The position numbers and the translations under genes were made by a program. Of a stretch of 64,000 nucleotides of DNA, positions 57,601 through 64,000 are shown piece after piece. The DNA is from Isurus oxyrinchus (Eukaryota). Where the stretch lies: the NCBI GenBank assembly GCA_026770705.1, contig JANJGN010000385.1, positions 62,001-126,000 of the forward strand, read 5' to 3'. Within the stretch, counting starts at the first letter, position 1; each line of letters begins with the position of its first letter. The notes beneath the pieces were generated by a model that did not search any database, had not been told where the DNA came from, and saw only the letters and a list, made by a program, of their open reading frames with translations.

Positions 57601-59995
57601 GTGCACAAACTGACTGCTGTGTTTTACATCTGTGACTACAATTCAGGAATAATTTCATTGGCTGTGAAGGGATTTGGATCCTCCTGAGGTGGTAAATTGC
57701 GCTGCAGAAATGCACATCTTTCTTTTATCGATACGTGAGACTTTTAAACAGGACAGGAGAGATTGATGGGAGTGGATAACCTGATAATACAGTTAATGCT
57801 TTTCATCATTGATATTAAAGTGAGTATTAGAGGTTGCTTTAGGACTGAACTGGAAGCTATCACCAGGTTATTGAGAATCAGATAGCAAGTTATAATAAGC
57901 TGTGTTTTGTGTTAATATGTAAACGTCACAGTTTGTGTTATTTCCCATTGAGTGTTGAATGTGAATTGTTGAGTAATTATAACACAGCACTTACCAGAAA
58001 CGTGAAGCTGGGTTACAGGATAGTAGCTTTAACTATTCCTGCTGTCAAATTCTATTCTGAAAAAAATAAGGTCCTGCATCTTTCCGTCTGATGTTGTTTA
58101 TAATCAGGGAACAGTCGCCATTTTTCAGGTCTCCAGACAGCCGGGTACGATGGCGGAATCTTTGATCCCTGTGACTGTGACCCTCGGAGTGAAAGGCTAT
58201 AGACCATTTAGGCTGTAGGGTTCCCATCTATTCCTGTCAACCAGATTCCGACACGTGATCTCCCTACGAAATGTGATGATTAACTGTCATGACATGGAAT
58301 CTGTACACAGGAACCTTCCTGCGCTGCCACCTCTCGTGGAGTGTCGCCTTTCCACTCTTGTGACAGTCCAAGTGGGGAGAGAAATATCAATATTTAACTC
58401 TGGAAGGTTTGTAGATCCACTAGACTCGATATCCACCCCCTCCATCACTGGGGCACAGTGGCTGCAGTGTGGACCATCTACAGGACACACATGGAACTCC
58501 CCAAGGTTTCACAATGGATGGAAGAGAATCCTGGACACAGGAGTGGACAAGTTCATTCTACATTGGCTCATGGTCCTCAGGACCCTGTTTAGTGAAGCCA
58601 GTCTTCCACCCAACACAGTGTCTACAAGATACACAGAGAAACTGTGTAAACATCTCATCTCTCTAAACTGACTGGCTTGGCTTCGGTTTAACTTTCAGTA
58701 TTTTTAAATTTCCATATTGTGGTTGCTATGGTGAAACTGTGCAGGAAGAGTGAGGGCTGGACTCTCTGTCTATTCTCACTGCAGCTGTGATGTGGCCGTG
58801 GTGATTGTCAGTAAAATGAAACCCTCTGATCTCCTCCATCCCCGAGGTTTAGGGAGTGAATTCCAGAGCTCAGGCCCCAGGCAGCTGAAGGCACGGCCGC
58901 CAGTATTGGATTGATGGGAATCGGGGGATGGTCAAGAGGCCGGAATTGCAGTAACACAGAGATCTGGGAAGTTGTTTGGTTGAGTTGCAGGAGGTTTCAG
59001 AGATTAAGAGATAAGAATGATCTTTTACAAAGACTGTTAAACATAATTCTGTCTGAGCTGATGATGATATTACCTTGGGAAAGTGACAAGAGGAAGTAGA
59101 TTTCCCGATCATCGTCCACTCCCAGATATTCCATCCACTTCTCACTCTCAAGCTGTGAAAGAGAAAGGAGTTAATGAGACGTCACCTCTTGTCCGAATGC
59201 TCTCGAGAGATCAGAACTGCTTTTAGACAATGTCTTCACAGACTAATTTGATTCTCTGTGGGATGATAGGTGCTCTGCAGAGAGTTACAAGGCTTTAAGA
59301 AAGAAGAACATTTAAGGATTTGCATTTCTATAGCACCTTTCACCACCTCAAGACGCTCATGTTTTGAGATCTTGGTGAACTGTTAACCGTTTGTGTCCTG
59401 ACCCTGTGGTGATATTTCTGCTCAGAGGTGGACAGTCATTGACCAGGAGTTTCTCCTGTGGGTCAGTGGGTTTCACAGCCAAATTCAGGGGCTCTGAACA
59501 TTGTGGGATTCAAGACCCCATTCAGGGGACGTCTGCCCCACAGAGTAGACTGAAACTCCCCAGTGTCAGTACTGAGCAAGTGCTGCACTGTCGGATGGTC
59601 ATTACTGAGCAAGTGTTGTACTATTGTAAGGTCAGTACTGAGGGGGATCTCCACTGTTGGAGGGTCAGTACTGAGGGAGTGCTGCACTGTCAGAGGGACA
59701 TTTATCAGGGAGTGCTGCACTGTTGGAGGGTCAGTACTGAGGGAGTACTGCACTGTCAGAGGGACATTAATCAGGGAGTGCTGCACTGTTAGAGGATCAG
59801 TACTGAGGGAGTGCCGCACTGTTGAAGGGTCAGTATTAAGGTGCTGATTTAGAAGACAGGACAATGTGTTAGGAGCCCTCAGAACTTCCCCCGTGATTTC
59901 CAATCGATCCGTTACTTACCCAGGACCTGTCTGACTGCTTGCCTGGGGAGGAACTGCCCACACGCTCTGCTTGGGCTGAATGGGCCTCCTCCTGT
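54552..59995 (-). pseudogene. Siglec gene B: inverted paralog, activating type (leader-V-C2-C2-TM with Arg-short tail), disabled
   Basis: 5'UTR exon ~59995-59920; leader 59152-59074 (1 nt short); V 58371-57995 (acceptor AG>AC at 58372, TAA at 58282-58280 and 58031-58029, frameshifts); intact C2 57135-56839; 5'-truncated C2 ~56516-56363; intact TM/tail exon 54691-54552. Confidence 0.88.
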
Positions 59996-61770
59996 TCCTG
60001 TGTAACAGGCTTGATGGGGCTGAATGGGCCTCCTCCTATTCCTGTGTAACAGGCTTGAGGGGGCTGAATGGGCCTCCTCCTGTTCCTGTGTTATAGGCTC
60101 GAGGGGCTGAGTGGGCCTCCTCCTGTTCCTGTGTAAAAGGCTAAAGGGGCTGAATTGGCCTTCCCCAGTTCCTGTGTACCAGGCTCGAGTACATTAGGAG
60201 CATCATTGGGAGCAGCATTTCACTTGCACTTCCCTCAATTTAATCTACTGCCTTCACTGCTCCCAATGTGGTCTCCTCTACATGGGACAGACCAAACACA
60301 GACTGGGTGATCGCTCTGATGAACACCTTCGGTCTGTCCACAAGCATGACCCAGACCTCCCTGTCACTTGCCATTTTAACACCCCACCCTGCTCTCATGC
60401 CCACATGTCCGTCCTTGGCCTGCTGCATTGTTCCAGTGAAGCCCAACACAAACTGGAGGAACAGCACCTCATCTTCCGACCTGGCACTTTACAGCCTTCC
60501 CGACTGAATATTGAGTTCAACACTTTCAGATCATGAACTCTCTCCTCCATCCCCACCCCCTTTCCAATCTCCCTTTTTCCAATAATTTATCATTTTTAAT
60601 ATTTTTTTTTATTTATATATTTTTCTTTTCCCACCTATTTCCATTATTTTTAAATGTTTTACATCTGTTGTTGTATCTCTACCTTTTAGCCGATTTCAAT
60701 CCTTTCCCCCCACCCCACCCCCACTAGGACTATCTGTCTCTTGCTCGTCCTGCTTTCTACCCTTAATGTCCCCATTAGCACATTCCTCAGATAATATCAC
60801 CACCGTCAACACCCCTTTGTCCTTTTGTCTATCACATCTTTGGCAACCTCTTCTTTACCTCCACCTATCACTGGCCCACAATCCAGCTCTACCTGCCCCA
60901 CCCCCTCTACCAGCTAAAACGTCACCTCATTTCTCGATTCCCTTAGTTCTGATGAAGAGTCATACAGACCCAAAACGTCAAGTGTGTTCCTCTCCGCAGA
61001 TCCTGTCAGACCTGCTGAGTTTTTCCAGCTATTTTTGTTTTTGCTCCTGTTCTTGTGGAACAGGCTTGAGTGGCTGAATGGAGCCCCTAAAGTTCCTGTG
61101 TAACAAGCTTGTGGAGGCTGAATGGGTCTCCTGTACCTGTGAAACAGGCTCAAGGGGACAGAATGGGCCTCCTCCTGTTCCTGTGTAACAGGCTCGAGGG
61201 GGCTGAATGGGCCTCCTCCTGTTCCTGTGTAACAGGCTCGAGGAGGGTGAATGGGCCTCCTCCTCTTCCTGTGTAACAGGCTCGAGGGGACAGAATGGGC
61301 CTCCTCCTGTTCCTGTGTAACAGGCTCGAGGGGGCTGAATGGGCCTCCTCCTCTTCCTGTGTAACAGGCTCAAGGGGCTGAATGGGTTTCCTATTCCTGT
61401 GTAAGAGGGTTGAGAGACTGAATGTGCTCTTCCTGTTCCTGGATAACAGGCTAATGTGACTGAATGGCCTCCTCTTGTTCCTGTGTTACAGGCTCTATGG
61501 GGCTGAATAGGACTCCTCCTTTTCCTGTGTAACAGGCTCGAGGGGCTGAGAGTCTCTCCTGTTCCTGTGGAAGGGTGTTGAGAGACTGAATGGCCTCTTC
61601 CTGTTCCTGTGTAATAGGCTCATGAGGCTGATGGGCCTTCTCCTGTTCCTGTGTAACAGGCTCAGGTGCTGAATGGGCCTCCTGCTGTTCCTGTGTAACA
61701 GGCCCAAGGAGGCTGAATGGGCCTCCTCCTGTTCCTGTGTAACAGGCTCAGGTGCTGAATGTCCTCCTCT
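59970..61770 (+). repeat. ~42-bp CR1-tail-like minisatellite arrays upstream of gene B, split by a Penelope element
   Basis: Arrays at ~59970-60190 and ~61040-61770. Confidence 0.88.
60215..61040 (+). mobile_element. Penelope-like element 3' fragment
   Basis: Near-identical to the copy at ~18.0-18.8 kb (MGQTKHRLGDRSDEHLRSV..LNIEFNTFRS). Confidence 0.88.
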
Positions 61771-63092
61771 CATTAAAAATAAATACTGCAGATGCTGTAA
61801 ATCTGAAATAAAAACAGAAAATGCTGCATTAACTCAGCAGGTCTGGCAGCAGCTGTGGAGAGAGAAACAGAGTTTTTGCTTATAGACTCTGAAGAAGGGT
61901 CATACGGACTCGAAATGATTATTCTGTTTATCTCTGCACAGATGCTGCCAGACCTACTCAGTTTCTCCAGCATTTTCTGTTTTTATTTCAGGTGCTCTCT
62001 TGTTCCTGTGTAGCAGGTTCGAGGGGGCTGAATGACCTCCTCCTGTTCCTATTCAATGGGCAGTCAAAGCATGTGTCTGATTTTGGACATCGAACCCAAT
62101 TCTGTCCTCAGGACACTGATAGAGGGAGAGACCAGTTATAGATCAATGCAGGAGGATTATTTATTTTCCCAATCTTTGATCCAAGCATCTCATCAAACAC
62201 AGAGCGGAATACTGATCAAGGATGTTGGTCTCTGTAATCTGTAACACATCGCACAGTCCACCCATCCACTCAGCCTTCAGGATGGATGCTAAATGTACTC
62301 TCCAAGTGTGAAGGACTAAAATTGTGGTTTATTGCAGCTATATCTCATTCTGTTATCAAAGCTGTCTCATCCATCCATGACATATTGAAGAAGATAAACC
62401 TGCAACCAAATTTTCACATCATAATTTCCAATGTTCATTGGCAATATCAATGTAAACATGTCACGTTGTACTGATGAACTCCCATCATTGGTGGCACTGT
62501 AGCACATGTTATCTTCTAAGCTGCAGAGAATTTCTCAAATCTCCAATCAAATTGTATCCCAGATTGTTGTTCGTTTCGCTGTTTAACAATGAAGTGTAAA
62601 ATCCAAATATATTTCTGAAAATACATTTGACTACAAAATGGTGTAAATTTTACCAATCTCCTCTGTTCCAATTATCCACCGATCCTGCATTTCCTGAAGT
62701 CTGCACTGGCTGATGAATATTCTAAACACTGACAGACAGGAAGGTGAATAACAGAATGAAAATTAACTCTTAATCACGGACACGGGATTGAATTTGTCCG
62801 TTATGTCCTGGTACATCATCGAACGATATCTAAAGACATTTACAATCAGAATGGAGAGAAGGATGTTTCCAACAGTGAGGGACAATTCTGAAGGAGGATG
62901 TTCGAATTGAAACCCACAGACAATCATCCTGGATAGATCATTCCGAAGAAATTCCATCAGATTGTAACAAGAGGTTTAAATCTATTTCCTGGGAGTGAGT
63001 TCCTGTGGATATTAGGAAGGTAAATTGGAGTTTTGAATGATTCTCCCATTCTGTATTCTCCCCACACTGTGTGTGTCTCATTCTTGCTCTGT

Positions 63093-63209
63093 TTATAAAT
63101 TCCCATAAACAGAATCCTTGGCAAAATCACAGTTTGCGTAAAGATCATCATCTGTATCAGGATTGACTCCGCGGTTAGATTTCATTTCCAGATCCTTCTC
63201 ATCTTTCTT
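63093..63209 (-). CDS. Terminal cytoplasmic exon of a further Tyr-motif receptor (rest of gene beyond the window): KKDEKDLEMKSNRGVNPDTDDDLYANCDFAKDSVYGNL*
   Basis: TTTCTATTACAG acceptor; only phase 0 stays open; two acidic-preceded Tyr motifs; AATAAA on minus at 62333-62328. Confidence 0.72.
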   Translation of the reverse strand, partial: KKDEKDLEMKSNRGVNPDTDDDLYANCDFAKDSVYGNL

Positions 63210-63304
63210 CTGTAATAGAAACAGAAATGATCAGAGTGACAATCAGAGTGATCAGTGTTTAGTATTATTGATCCAAATCGAAAATTCCACCCACAATACA
63301 TACA

Positions 63305-64000
63305 TTAATTATTGACACTGAACAGGGTTTGATTATTGACACTGAATGGGGTTTGATTATTGATACTGAACAGGGTTTGATTATTGATACTGAACGGGGT
63401 TTGATTATTAATATTGAACGGGGTTCGATTATTGATACTGAACGGGGTTTGATTATTGATACTGAACGGGGTTTGATTATTGATACTGAACGGGGTTTGA
63501 TTATTGATACTGAATGGGATTTGTTTATTGATTCTGAACGGGGTTTGATTATTGATACTGAACGGGGTTTGATTATTGATACTGAACGGGGTTTGATTAT
63601 TAATACTGAACGGGGTTTGATTATTGTTACTGAATGGGGTTTGATTATTGACACTGAACGGGGGTTGATTATTGATACTGAACGGGGTTTGATTATTGAT
63701 ACTGAACGGGGGTTGATTATTGATACTGATCGGGGGTTGATTATTGATACTGAACGGGGATTGATTATTGACACTGAACGGGGTTTGATTATTGATTCTG
63801 AACGGGGTTTGATTATTGAAACTGTACGGGGTTTGATTATTGATTATGAACGAGTTTTGATTATTGATACTGAACGGGGTTTGATTATTGACACTGAACG
63901 GGGTTTGATTATTGATTCTGAACGGGGTTTGATTATTGATACTGTACGGGGTTTGATTATTGATTATGAACGGGTTTTGATTATTGATACTGAACGGGGT
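63305..64000 (+). repeat. 24-bp minisatellite (GGGGTTTGATTATTGATACTGAAC)
   Basis: Many tandem copies running off the window end; gives the SVSIIKPR pseudo-ORF. Confidence 0.95.

Noticed and set aside
63265-63774. SVSIIKPR repeat ORF
   Set aside because: 24-bp intronic minisatellite.

Overview
Vertebrate genomic DNA, most likely a shark or other cartilaginous fish (inferred from the repeat landscape: CR1/L2 LINEs, Penelope, Gypsy LTRs, 33-bp and 37-bp minisatellites). The real genes are multi-exon and mostly invisible in the ORF track. (1) A + strand inhibitory-type Siglec (about 760-27.4 kb) has a leader, two tandem V-set exons (the distal one lacks the sialic-acid-binding Arg), five C2 exons (one frameshifted duplicate), an uncharged TM and two alternative duplicated cytoplasmic tails (ITSM only, or ITIM plus ITSM). 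(2) A 3-exon hepcidin-like gene (44670-49136, +) has a furin site and 8 Cys, but an atypical mature peptide: no HFP-type N-terminus, a loop 4 residues longer than human that carries an N-glycosylation sequon, and zero net side-chain charge. Its promoter has TATA, GGCGCC and C/EBP-like sites. (3) An inverted, pseudogenised paralog of the Siglec (about 54.5-60 kb, -) has an Arg-containing TM and a short Tyr-free tail, i.e. the activating half of a paired Siglec receptor. (4) The last exon of another Tyr-motif receptor lies at 63093-63209 (-). The rest is transposon debris, minisatellites, local duplications and N runs. Exon coordinates were read by eye from splice sites; repeat boundaries are approximate.
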